Shown here in pieces: positions 12,321-21,300 of a stretch of DNA of 64,000 bases. Position 1 is the first letter of the stretch; each line of letters opens with the position of its first letter. The notes under the pieces are model-generated. The model had not been told where the DNA came from, did no database searches, and saw only the letters and a list, made by a program, of their open reading frames with translations. This DNA is from Acidimicrobiales bacterium. GTDB lineage: Bacteria; Actinomycetota; Acidimicrobiia; Acidimicrobiales; JAJPHD01. The stretch lies in assembly GCA_050744085.1 (NCBI GenBank), contig JBOGGU010000139.1, forward strand, positions 34,809-98,808, written 5' to 3'. A program made the position numbers and the translations under genes.

Positions 12321-13170
12321 ATGGCGGCACCTCACAGAAGCGACGAGGATGTGGCCGCGGATGGCATTTTCCATCTCAAGCATTCCGGCATCACCATGCT
12401 CGCTCACTCCGTCAGGGACATAGGGGCCAACAAGTTCGAAGTGGTGCTCGGCCCCAAGGATGGAATCGTAAACGGCGGTCACTCGGCGACGCTGGTCGCC
12501 GAATGTGACCCCGCCACCTCGCCCGACCACCAGGTCGTCAAGATCGAGATTCTCGTTGGTGTTCCTGACGAGTGGATCGTCGACATTGCTGGTGGTCTCA
12601 ACACGTCGATCCAAGTTCAGGCCAAGAGTCTCGACGACCTGGCCGGCAAATTTGATTGGCTCAAGGGCGAAATCAAGGCCGAACCCTATGCCAGCCAGAT
12701 CATGTGGCGTGAGAACGACCCCGGCGTGTGGGACGTCACATACCTGCTGTCGGTGCTGGGTTGCTTCAATATCTTCGACTTCCCAAACGACGGAACCAAG
12801 CATCCGGTATGGGCCTACGGTCGCAAGATAGGAGTACTCCACCAGTTCGAAGGCAAGCCGGCGACTTTCAAGCGGTTGACACCCATCGCCAGAGATGTGT
12901 TCCGACTACACGACACCATTAGCGCCGAGGCGAAGGAACTCTACAACGCCACGGGCGGTAAGTACGGTAAGTGGTCGTTCGTCCAGAAAAGGCCGAGTCC
13001 CTACGTCTTCTCCGGTCACGCGGACGGCAACCAAATGCTTGGTGGTGCCCTGTTCCCGATCCTCGGAGCGTTCCGTTGGGCAGTCATCGCCGACGGGGAC
13101 GGCGACGCTCGTAGGATCCTGTTGGACAAATGGGAGCGCTCACTGTTATCTTCATCGAAGGAGGAGACCG
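12321..13170 (+). CDS. AIPR-like (abortive-infection-type) domain protein; the 3' end is undefined and it is possibly a remnant
   Basis: GIVNGGHSATLV and GGLNTSIQVQAKSLDDL resemble the AIPR NG.QT / N.Q. motifs, recalled from memory. The region is visibly AT-richer than its flanks. The track ORF (12153..13616) has no stop before it runs out of frame through the next MFS gene, whose RBS and ATG are at 13171. Confidence 0.35.
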
Positions 13171-14430
13171 ATGCCGTCCTCGATCGACCAGCCCTGCGTC
13201 GAGACGCTCGATGTCCGCCTCGGCTCCGACCACCATCCGCATCCCGCGCCCAGGGCTCTTGCCTTCTGGCTGGTGGCGGTCGCTTTCGCAGTTGCCATGC
13301 TCGGCACGACTTTGCCTACCCCACTCTACGTTATCTACCAAGCGCAATGGCACTTCGCCGCCGGGGTCACCACGGTCGTGTACGCCATGTACGCCTTGGG
13401 TGTACTCATCTCGCTGCTGTTCTTGGGGCGAGTCTCCGACCAGATCGGTCGGCGTCCGGTCTGGGCCGGGGCGCTGGCATTGGCCGCCGTGAGCACCGTC
13501 ATCTTCATCCTGGCCACGGACGTGGCCATGCTCATGGTGGCCCGGGCGTTGTCGGGCCTGGCTGCCGGCGTGGTCACCGGCACCGCCACCGCAGCTCTCT
13601 CAGAGCTGGTCCGTGACGGCAACGGCCGCCGCGCTGCCCTGATCGCCACCACTGTCAACATGGGCGGCCTGGGGCTCGGACCGCTGCTGGCCGGGTTCCT
13701 CGCACAGTACGCGCCAGCGCCGACGGTCCTGGTCTTCCTCGTTTATATCGGCCTGCTCGTCGTCGCTGCCGCCGCCATCTGGGTCGTCCCAGAGACCGTA
13801 ACGTCGCGGGGTCGGCTGTCGTTGCGTTTCTCGGGGCTGGGTGTGCCAGCCAACGTACGGTGCGAGTTCGCTTCTGCCGGACTCGCCGCCTTTTGCGCCT
13901 TCACACTCCTCGGGCTGTTCTCCGCATTGGCTCCCTCCTTCCTTGGCGGCGTGCTGCACGAGCACAACGAGGCCCTTGGGGGGGCAGTGGTGTTCTTGAT
14001 CTTCGCAACGGCGGTGGCGACCCAACTCGCCCTACACCGCCTGGCCAGCCGAGTGGCCATGGGCGCCGGTCTGGGCTGGCTACTGGCCGGTCTGGCCGTG
14101 ATCATGGTCGGGCTCTCACAGGCCTCACTTCTCGCGTTTGTCCTCGGCACCGCCGTCAGCGGCGTCGGCGTGGGCCTGGTATTCATGGGCAGCCTGGCAA
14201 CGGCAAATCGGCTTGCCCCACCCGAACGCCGAGGTCAGGTCGTCTCCACCTATTTTGTGGCTGCCTACCTCGGTCTCATCATTCCGGTCATCGGCGTCGG
14301 CGTGGCCTCCCAGCACGTAGGGGACTTTCGGGCCACCCTGGTCTGCTCGATCGTGGTTGCGGTGCTCGTGGCCATCGCCGGTGGGAGCCTCGCCAAGGAC
14401 ACCAGCGGCAAACGGAGCCGGTTGGAGTGA
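13171..14430 (+). CDS. MFS transporter (12-TMS type)
   Basis: The ATG at 13171 is preceded by gaaggaggag. 419 aa of alternating hydrophobic spans, with a GRVSDQIGRR motif-A-like loop. Confidence 0.8.
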   Translation: MPSSIDQPCVETLDVRLGSDHHPHPAPRALAFWLVAVAFAVAMLGTTLPTPLYVIYQAQWHFAAGVTTVVYAMYALGVLISLLFLGRVSDQIGRRPVWAGALALAAVSTVIFILATDVAMLMVARALSGLAAGVVTGTATAALSELVRDGNGRRAALIATTVNMGGLGLGPLLAGFLAQYAPAPTVLVFLVYIGLLVVAAAAIWVVPETVTSRGRLSLRFSGLGVPANVRCEFASAGLAAFCAFTLLGLFSALAPSFLGGVLHEHNEALGGAVVFLIFATAVATQLALHRLASRVAMGAGLGWLLAGLAVIMVGLSQASLLAFVLGTAVSGVGVGLVFMGSLATANRLAPPERRGQVVSTYFVAAYLGLIIPVIGVGVASQHVGDFRATLVCSIVVAVLVAIAGGSLAKDTSGKRSRLE

Positions 14431-14513
14431 TGGGCGGGTCACCTGACGGCGCAGGACGCGGACACCTGCCGGGTGCTCACTAGCGTGGGAGCATCCCCGA
14501 GCCGCTCTGCCTC

Positions 14514-15380
14514 CTGACCTTTCACGCCCACCCTGACGACGAGTCGTCCAAGGGGCCCGCGACAGTGGCGCGCTACCACGCGGCAGGGGTGCGTACGGTG
14601 CTGGTCTGTGCCACTGGCGGTGAGGAGGGAGACATCCTCAACCCTGCGATGGACACCCCCGAGGTGCGCGCAGACCTGACGATGCTGAGGCGCTCGGAGC
14701 TCGCCGCCGCGGCGGCGGTCATCGGCTACGACGAGGTGGTGATGCTGGGCTATCGCGACTCAGGGATGGCCGGGACTCCAGCCAACGAGAACCCCGAGTG
14801 CTTCGCCAGGGCACCGCTGGAGGAGGGCGTCGGCTCTCTGGTGGCGGTGATCCGCCGGGTGCGGCCCCAGGTCGTGGTGACCTACGGCGACGACCACAGC
14901 GGCTACCCGCATCCAGACCACATCCGAACCCACGAGGTGGGCGTGGCCGCGTTCTCCGCGGCGGGGGACCCGAGCGCCTACCCCGAGTCAGGGCCTGCCT
15001 GGCGACCGCTCAAGCTCTACTACACCGCCTGGTCGCGCACCCGGATGCTGGCCACCCACGCCAAGTTCCTGGAGCTGGGCATGGAGTCCCCCTTCAGCGA
15101 CGAGTGGCTGGCTCGGGGGTCGGGGGGTGACGAGTCGGTCACCACCAGGGTCGACATCGCGAGCTGGGCGGACGTGCGCACCGATGCGCTGCGGGCCCAT
15201 GCCACCCAGGTGGACCCCACCTCGCCGCGGTGGTTCGGCCTGCCTGCCGATGTCGCCCGCACCGTCCACCCCTTCGAGGACTACACCCTCGCACGGGACC
15301 TCACCGGCTTGGGGAAGCTCGACGCCGGTGAGCTCGAGGGCGACCTCTTCCGGGGGGTGGGGGGCGCGCCAATAGCGTAG
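14514..15380 (+). CDS. PIG-L/LmbE-family deacetylase, mycothiol S-conjugate amidase (Mca)/MshB-like; start codon unresolved
   Basis: The zinc motif HAHPDDESSKG is encoded at 14523-14555, upstream of the first canonical start (GTG 14565). A second motif, HPDH, and the Mca-like C-terminal half are present. An in-frame TAG at 14481 leaves only CTG 14514 or ATC 14493 as possible starts. Confidence 0.65.
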   Translation: MTFHAHPDDESSKGPATVARYHAAGVRTVLVCATGGEEGDILNPAMDTPEVRADLTMLRRSELAAAAAVIGYDEVVMLGYRDSGMAGTPANENPECFARAPLEEGVGSLVAVIRRVRPQVVVTYGDDHSGYPHPDHIRTHEVGVAAFSAAGDPSAYPESGPAWRPLKLYYTAWSRTRMLATHAKFLELGMESPFSDEWLARGSGGDESVTTRVDIASWADVRTDALRAHATQVDPTSPRWFGLPADVARTVHPFEDYTLARDLTGLGKLDAGELEGDLFRGVGGAPIA

Positions 15381-15515
15381 AGCCGACGGCGCTCCAGTTG
15401 CTGCAAAAACAGCGCCTCGGCAGCGCTACGGCACGTGTGCGCTCGACCGGCGCCGGAACGGCTAGGGGGCGACGCCATACTTGACGCCTGGCGCTGTGGC
15501 GGCAACCATGGTCCG

Positions 15516-16085
15516 ATGGCGAACACTGCACTGTTGGTAATGGACGTCCAGAACGGTGTCGTCGAGCGCTTCGCGCAGGGGTCCGCTTCGTTGCTTGCTG
15601 CCCTGGGTAGGGCCGCGACGGCGTCCCGGTCAGCTGGGATTCGGGTGATCTACGTGAGGGTGGCCTTTCGTCCGGGCACGCCGGAGGTCAGTGGCGCCAA
15701 CCGGGCCTTCGCTGCCATCGCCGGCTCGGGGACGATGGGTGTCGACGACCTGGCCACCCAGATACATCCCACTGTGGCGCCCAAGCCCAGCGACCTCGTT
15801 GTGCTCAAGAAGCGGGTCAGTGCCTTCGTGGGCAGCGACCTGGACGTCGTGCTCCGATCCCTGGACGTAGATTCCCTGGTTTTGACCGGCATCGCGACCA
15901 GCGGAGTCGTGCTGTCCACGCTTCGCCAGGCGGCTGACTTGGACTACAAGCTCACGGTCCTGCGGGATGCATGCGCCGACGCCGACGCCGAGGTGCACCG
16001 AGTCTTGGTCGACAAGGTCTTCCCCGGACAGTCCGCCGTGCTCGCCACCGACGAATGGGTGGAGCGTCTGCCCGCCCAGATGTGA
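15516..16085 (+). CDS. Isochorismatase-family hydrolase-like protein
   Basis: ALLVMDVQNG, KKRVSAF and LTGIATSGVVLST are present. By my alignment, the position of the usual catalytic Cys reads Val. Confidence 0.75.
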   Translation: MANTALLVMDVQNGVVERFAQGSASLLAALGRAATASRSAGIRVIYVRVAFRPGTPEVSGANRAFAAIAGSGTMGVDDLATQIHPTVAPKPSDLVVLKKRVSAFVGSDLDVVLRSLDVDSLVLTGIATSGVVLSTLRQAADLDYKLTVLRDACADADAEVHRVLVDKVFPGQSAVLATDEWVERLPAQM

Positions 16086-16173
16086 AACCGTGCTCGCCGG
16101 CCGGGACCTGCTCACGGGCGCCCCGGCCGGGCAGTGACGGGGGCAGGGCAGGGACACGAGGCAGACTGCTCAG

Positions 16174-17004
16174 GTGAGTCATCGCCTGGCGACCCGCAGG
16201 CCACGCCTCCGGGTACCTCGGATCACCGCGTACTTCTGGATCATCAAGGGGCTGTCCACGGCGATGGGGGAGTCGACCTCGGACTACCTCGTGCACACCA
16301 TCAACCCCGTCGTGGCCGTGGGACTGGGCTTCGTCGCGCTCCTCTTGGCCCTTGCCTTGCAGTTCTCCAGGCGTCGATACATGGCGTGGACTTACTGGTT
16401 CGCCGTGGTCATGGTTGGCGTCTTCGGCACGATGTGCGCCGATGTCCTACACGTGGCTTTCGGTGTTCCCTACGTGGCGTCGTCAGTGTTCTACGCGTTA
16501 GTGCTGTTCGCGGTCTTCGTGGGCTGGCAGACCTGCGAGGGGACCCTTTCGATCCACAGCATCGACTCTCCCCGGCGAGAGGCGTTCTACTGGGCTGCGG
16601 TGATCGCCACCTTCGCCCTGGGCACCGCCTTCGGTGACATGACGGCGTATACCCTGCACCTGGGATATCTCCGTTCTGGCCTCATCTTCGCTGGGGTGAT
16701 CGTCATACCCGCGATCGGCTACTGGCGGTTCAGACTCAACCCGATCCTCGCCTTTTGGTCTGCATACGTGGTCACCCGCCCGCTCGGGGCCTCGTTCGCA
16801 GACTGGTTGGGCAAGCCCACGAGCGTGAGCGGCCTTGGGTTGGGAGCTGGACGCGTGAGCCTTGGCCTAACCATCGTGATCTTCTTCCTGGTGGCACACC
16901 TGGCGATCAGCCGAAAGGACGTGCAACGGCGCCGGGCCATACCTGTGGGCAACGCCCAACCCGACCACGCCCGACCCGACCACGCCCGACCCGACCACGC
17001 TTGA
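16174..17004 (+). CDS. Integral membrane protein (COG4705-like, function unknown)
   Basis: 276 aa with about 8 hydrophobic spans. The C-terminal tail PDHARPDHARPDHA is encoded by a 15-nt tandem repeat. Confidence 0.6.
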   Translation: MSHRLATRRPRLRVPRITAYFWIIKGLSTAMGESTSDYLVHTINPVVAVGLGFVALLLALALQFSRRRYMAWTYWFAVVMVGVFGTMCADVLHVAFGVPYVASSVFYALVLFAVFVGWQTCEGTLSIHSIDSPRREAFYWAAVIATFALGTAFGDMTAYTLHLGYLRSGLIFAGVIVIPAIGYWRFRLNPILAFWSAYVVTRPLGASFADWLGKPTSVSGLGLGAGRVSLGLTIVIFFLVAHLAISRKDVQRRRAIPVGNAQPDHARPDHARPDHA

Positions 17005-17046
17005 CCCGACCACGCCTGACCCGACCACCCCGGCCCGACCACGCCT
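16961..17046. repeat. 15-nt tandem repeat, about 6 copies (ccgaccacgcccgac)
   Basis: Read directly. The array spans the stop codon at 17002-17004. Copies 3 and 4 carry TGA where copies 1 and 2 carry CGA. Confidence 0.85.
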
Positions 17047-17059
17047 GGCCGAGGCTGGC

Positions 17060-18373
17060 TCATGGCGTCCCGTGGGCCAGGTCCTCGAGGAGCGTGTCCA
17101 GGACCAGCTCTTCTTCGACCTCGGCGCCGCTGGTGCGGATCGACGGAGCCAGCGCTGCGTCCCAGCAGGCGTCGGGCACCGGGCCGCGCAGGGGAGGCAG
17201 ATGGGCGCTGGTGGCAACCGCACGGGCCAGGGCCGCCCGGTGGTCCTCTGTGCCAAACCTCCACGGTCGTGCCCCGATCTCCCCGATGACCAGGTTGGCA
17301 ATGGAAACCCCGCCGGCACCGAAGTCGCCGTGATAGGTGAGCCGGGCCCTGCAGTCGACCAACGCCCGCAGGAGGAGCCTGCCCGCAAGCGACGGCCAGC
17401 CCTCCAGGCAGATAACCGCCGCCCCTGTTCCCGCCGCGGCGGCCAGCACCGAGGGGTTCTCGCACGCCCACACCGGGGCCCCGCTCGGGAGCTCCCAGCG
17501 CTCGGCTTGCACTGCTGCCAGCGGGACTGGCAGTGGGATGTCCCCGTCAGCCCACCGGTGTGCGGCTTCGGTCAGGGGCCCGACCGGTCGAGGGCGCAGG
17601 CCGAGGGTCAGCACGGTGGAGGAAGCCTCGTCGAAGATGACCCCCTGGGCGCCCCAAAGGTATCGGCGCTGGGCAGCCCTCAGTGGATCTTCGACTCCGG
17701 CCGAGTGGGCCAGGGCGGCCGTGACCAACCTGCCGGTGGGGCTGGTGTCGTCCAGTGCGTGGGCGTCGCCTAGCACCCGGGCTGCGAGGCGGGACCGGCC
17801 CGCTCGTACCACCAGTGGTAGCTGGCCAAGCACGTCGAGTGCCTGGGTAAGCCGGGCCTCGGGGTTGTCGAGGCGTCGCCAGGCGCCAGTGGCGTCGAGG
17901 CGGGCGAGCCAAGCCTCCAGGGGCGGGTGGCGGCGCAGGGCGTCGTGGTCGAGGAGCCTATCCCAGAGGGCCATCTCAGCGCTTTGCACGGCGGCTCGTT
18001 CGCCGGGCAGGTCGCGAAGCGGACCGACCGCTGCGGTCAGCACCTCGACAAGAGATTGGCCCGTGTGCGAGCGTAGGAGGCGGTCCAGGCGGTCCAGGCG
18101 GACGCGGATCGTGACGCCCCGGCTGCGCACCCCGAGGAGCCGGTCTATGCCGACGCGCTGGTCCGCTCCCAGGTCTCGCAGGTGCACAGTGGCCTCGAGC
18201 CTGCAACCCGACCGCTCCAGCCTCTGGTGGGACGCCAGCCATAGAGGGGTCAGCCGCTTGTCGCACAGCAGCGCCTCGAGGCCCGACGCCCCCGCCCCCG
18301 AACCCCCTGCCCCCGCCGCTCCCGCCCCCGCCGACCCCCCTGCGCCCGCCGACGGGTCAGGCAAAGAGGCCAT
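17060..18373 (-). CDS. jetD: Wadjet JetD (TIGR02679-type, Toprim-like C-terminal domain)
   Basis: It is the last gene of the TIGR02677-02680-type cassette. The C-terminal VWACENPSV ... LTYHGDFGAGG resembles the Toprim E ... DxD region. The start is taken at ATG 18373. Confidence 0.85.
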   Translation of the reverse strand: MASLPDPSAGAGGSAGAGAAGAGGSGAGASGLEALLCDKRLTPLWLASHQRLERSGCRLEATVHLRDLGADQRVGIDRLLGVRSRGVTIRVRLDRLDRLLRSHTGQSLVEVLTAAVGPLRDLPGERAAVQSAEMALWDRLLDHDALRRHPPLEAWLARLDATGAWRRLDNPEARLTQALDVLGQLPLVVRAGRSRLAARVLGDAHALDDTSPTGRLVTAALAHSAGVEDPLRAAQRRYLWGAQGVIFDEASSTVLTLGLRPRPVGPLTEAAHRWADGDIPLPVPLAAVQAERWELPSGAPVWACENPSVLAAAAGTGAAVICLEGWPSLAGRLLLRALVDCRARLTYHGDFGAGGVSIANLVIGEIGARPWRFGTEDHRAALARAVATSAHLPPLRGPVPDACWDAALAPSIRTSGAEVEEELVLDTLLEDLAHGTP

Positions 18374-21300
18374 CGCCGTCAGCCCTGATGGTGGTCGCGT
18401 CTGCGCCAGCTTCCAGCCAAGGGTCGTCCTCACGCCTGGCTTGGCCATCCCACACGAAGCGAAGGGCAGTCACCCCGGGCCGCCCTGGCGTGCGTTCGAG
18501 GTGGTACACGGCGACCGCTGGCACCTCGGGGTAACAGCCCCACTCGGAGTAGTTGGTGAGGACCATGTCGAGGTCCAGGTCGACAAGCATGGCCATGCAG
18601 TCCCCTCGCTGGCTGTCGTCGATGCCGGCGAACGCCTCGTCCAGCATGAGGAGGTGAGGGGCATCGGGCCTCGCGGACGAGTAATAGGCCGCAGTGGCGG
18701 CGAACAGCGGGAGGTGCGCCAGCTTTGCCTGCTCTCCCCCGGAGCCAACGCCCTGGGTGCGAGACGTAAGTCGCTCGTCGCGCCCATTCGAGCGGCGGAA
18801 TATGCAAAAGCGGTGCCAGAGTCGGTAGTCCAGCGCGGCTGAAAGCCGCTCCACCACGTCGGCCCCCTCTCTGTCCTCCCGTGCAGCTCGCACCCGCTCG
18901 GCAAGGAACGCAGCCAGTGCTGCCCGATCAGGCTGGTCGAGCAGCCTCACGTCCTGGCGCAGCAGCCGGACCGCATGCTCGGCGCTTGGGCCGGCGTCGG
19001 ACGCCACCTCCCAAGAAAGGCGCAGGCTGACCCCACTACGGGTCGGGTGGGCTGCCAGCTGCTCGTTCATCCGTTTCGTGAGCGACCAAGCCGCGTGGAC
19101 CTGCTCGCCGAGGTGGGTCCCGACCTCGGTGAGAAGGTGTCGCTCGATCAGCTGGCGCTCCTCGGCCGACAGGGCCTCGCGCCGTCGCCGGATCTGGCTG
19201 CCCAGGGCGGCCGCCAGGGCCGTGGCGCCCACCACGTCGCCGTTCAGGGTGGCGTAGCACACCTCGATCCCTCCGCTCGTGTCCAGGTAAGGATCGAAGT
19301 CGGTGCCGAGCTGGGCGCGCAGGGTGGTCATCTGGTTGTGGAACCGGTTGCTCACCGAGTCCTGAGCAGCCTGGTCGACGCCCACCTCCCGTAAGCGCTC
19401 GTAAGCCGAACGAGCAAACCCCAAACCGGCCGTCTTTTGGGCCAGGTCCAGCTCACCATCGATTGGCCCCAGCGCCAGGACGGCGAGCTCGGTAGCGCCG
19501 AGGCGCGCCAAGGCGTCGAGCGCCCGCTTGCGCTCGGCCTCGTGCTCGACCCTCTCGTCGCTGGTGGCACTCAGCAGGGCGCGGGCGGTGGCCAGGCGGT
19601 CGATCGCCGAGTCCCTGGCGAGGCCGAGGGCTGACCGTTCGGCCTCGGCTGCCTCCCGGGCCGCCGAGAGCTCTCGGTGCCGAGTCACCACGGCGTCGGC
19701 ATCTGCACCGCTCGTGCGGCGCAGCTCATCGGCCTCACCCCGGGCCTGGGTGGAGGTTGCCAGGGCCTCGGCAAGCTGTGTGGCTGCCGCGGCCGCCATT
19801 GCCTCGGCGTCTCGCGCCCGGGCATTGGCCCCAACCGCTGCGCTTCTGGTTGCCAGGGCGTGGCGGGCGTCTCCCGCCAGTGTCGCCAGGGCGCTGCCAT
19901 AGCGAGACAATGCATCGAAAGCCTCATCGAGGCCCGCTGCCGCCCACCCGGCTGCCGCCTCCGCCCGGGCGAGGGCGTCGATTGCCCCTCGACCCTCGGA
20001 TCGAGCTTGGTGCAAGCGCTCGGCGGCTTCGGCGAGCGCCGCCCGAGCCACACCCGCCCCCTCCGTCGTCCGTCGCAAGTCCCCCACGGCGTCTCGCAGC
20101 CCGTCCGCGGAGGGCCAGGCAGACTCGGCGCGGTCCAGGCGGCCCAGCTCCGCAGCCAAGGACTGGTCCCGGGCACCGAGGTTTGCCAGGTCCGAGTCAA
20201 GCACTGCTATCTCGGCTAAAAGGGCTGCGACCCGACGTGCCCGGGCCTGAGCGCGAGCCGATGCCCCCACGTATTCTGCCGACGGCTTGGACCAAGCCCC
20301 GTGCAGGGGGCCAACAGACCACTTCCCGCCGCTCGTGCAGTTCGCACCGGCTCCGGCCACGGCGGCCAGGGCTGCGAGGACAGTCGCCTCATCGAGCGGT
20401 CCTGCCGTCACTGGGACAAGCCCTGCCAGCCCGCCCGCCACAGAGCCGTCCCCCGCCGAGCCGGCCCCTGCCGAGCCGGCCCCTGCCGAGCCGGTCCCCG
20501 CCGAGCCCGTCCTACCCGCCGCGACCCAGGTGTCGAGGGTGTCGGGGTCGAGCACGGCCCCGCTGGGGCTAACCAGGGCGTCCAGCAGCCCGGCAGCCTC
20601 CAAAGCGGCCTCCAGGCCAGCCCGCTCGACGGCATCCAGCTCCGGGGCAAAGTCCACACAAGCCCAAAGGGGAGCACATCCGGCCGCTCGTGCTGCCGGG
20701 CGCCCCGGGCGAGCGGGTGGGGCATCGTCGGCCTCGGCGTCCACCCGGCGCCGTTCGTCCGCTGCCTCAGCTCGCCGTCCTTCCAAACGCCGCCGCTCGG
20801 CTCCCGCGGCCACCTGCTCTTCCCTCAGCGACCCGCGAGCGGGGGCAAGCAACCTAGCCGCCCGCGGCTGTCCACCGGCCATGACCTCGTCCACCACCTG
20901 CTCGGCGTGACCCCCCGCCAAGGACACTTGCCACTCAGCGGCCCAGAACTCCACCGCCTCGGCCAGGGAGCTCCCCGCGGCCTCCAGCCGGGACCGTGCC
21001 TGGGACTCGGCGTCCTCCGCGTCGCCGAGGGCGCTCTCTGCCCGTCGGTGGGAGGCCTCCTCAGAACGGATCCGCTCCAGCGCTGAGCCAGCGGCTGCGG
21101 CGGCAGTCCGCACCGCCAGCAGCGCTTGGTGCCGCCGCTCGACACTTCCCTCCATGGCGAGGACCGAGCGATCCGGCTCGGCCAGCAACCGCCCCTTGTG
21201 CATGTCGTGCTCCGCCCCCAGCCCAGCCGCCTCCGCCAGCGCCACGATGGCCGTCGCGACCTTGTCCCGGCGCTCCTCCGCCGAGGCAGCGTCCGACTCG

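Noticed and set aside
12153-13616. 487-aa ORF treated as one gene
   Set aside because: The first ~55 codons cover the tRNA-like fragment. The last ~150 codons are an out-of-frame read-through of the MFS gene that starts at 13171 with its own RBS. Only the middle part looks like real coding sequence.
17337-18842. 501-aa plus-strand ORF over jetD and the jetC 3' end
   Set aside because: It is an Ala/Ser/Arg/Pro-rich antisense translation of the Wadjet genes, and the minus-strand reading has the recognisable family features.
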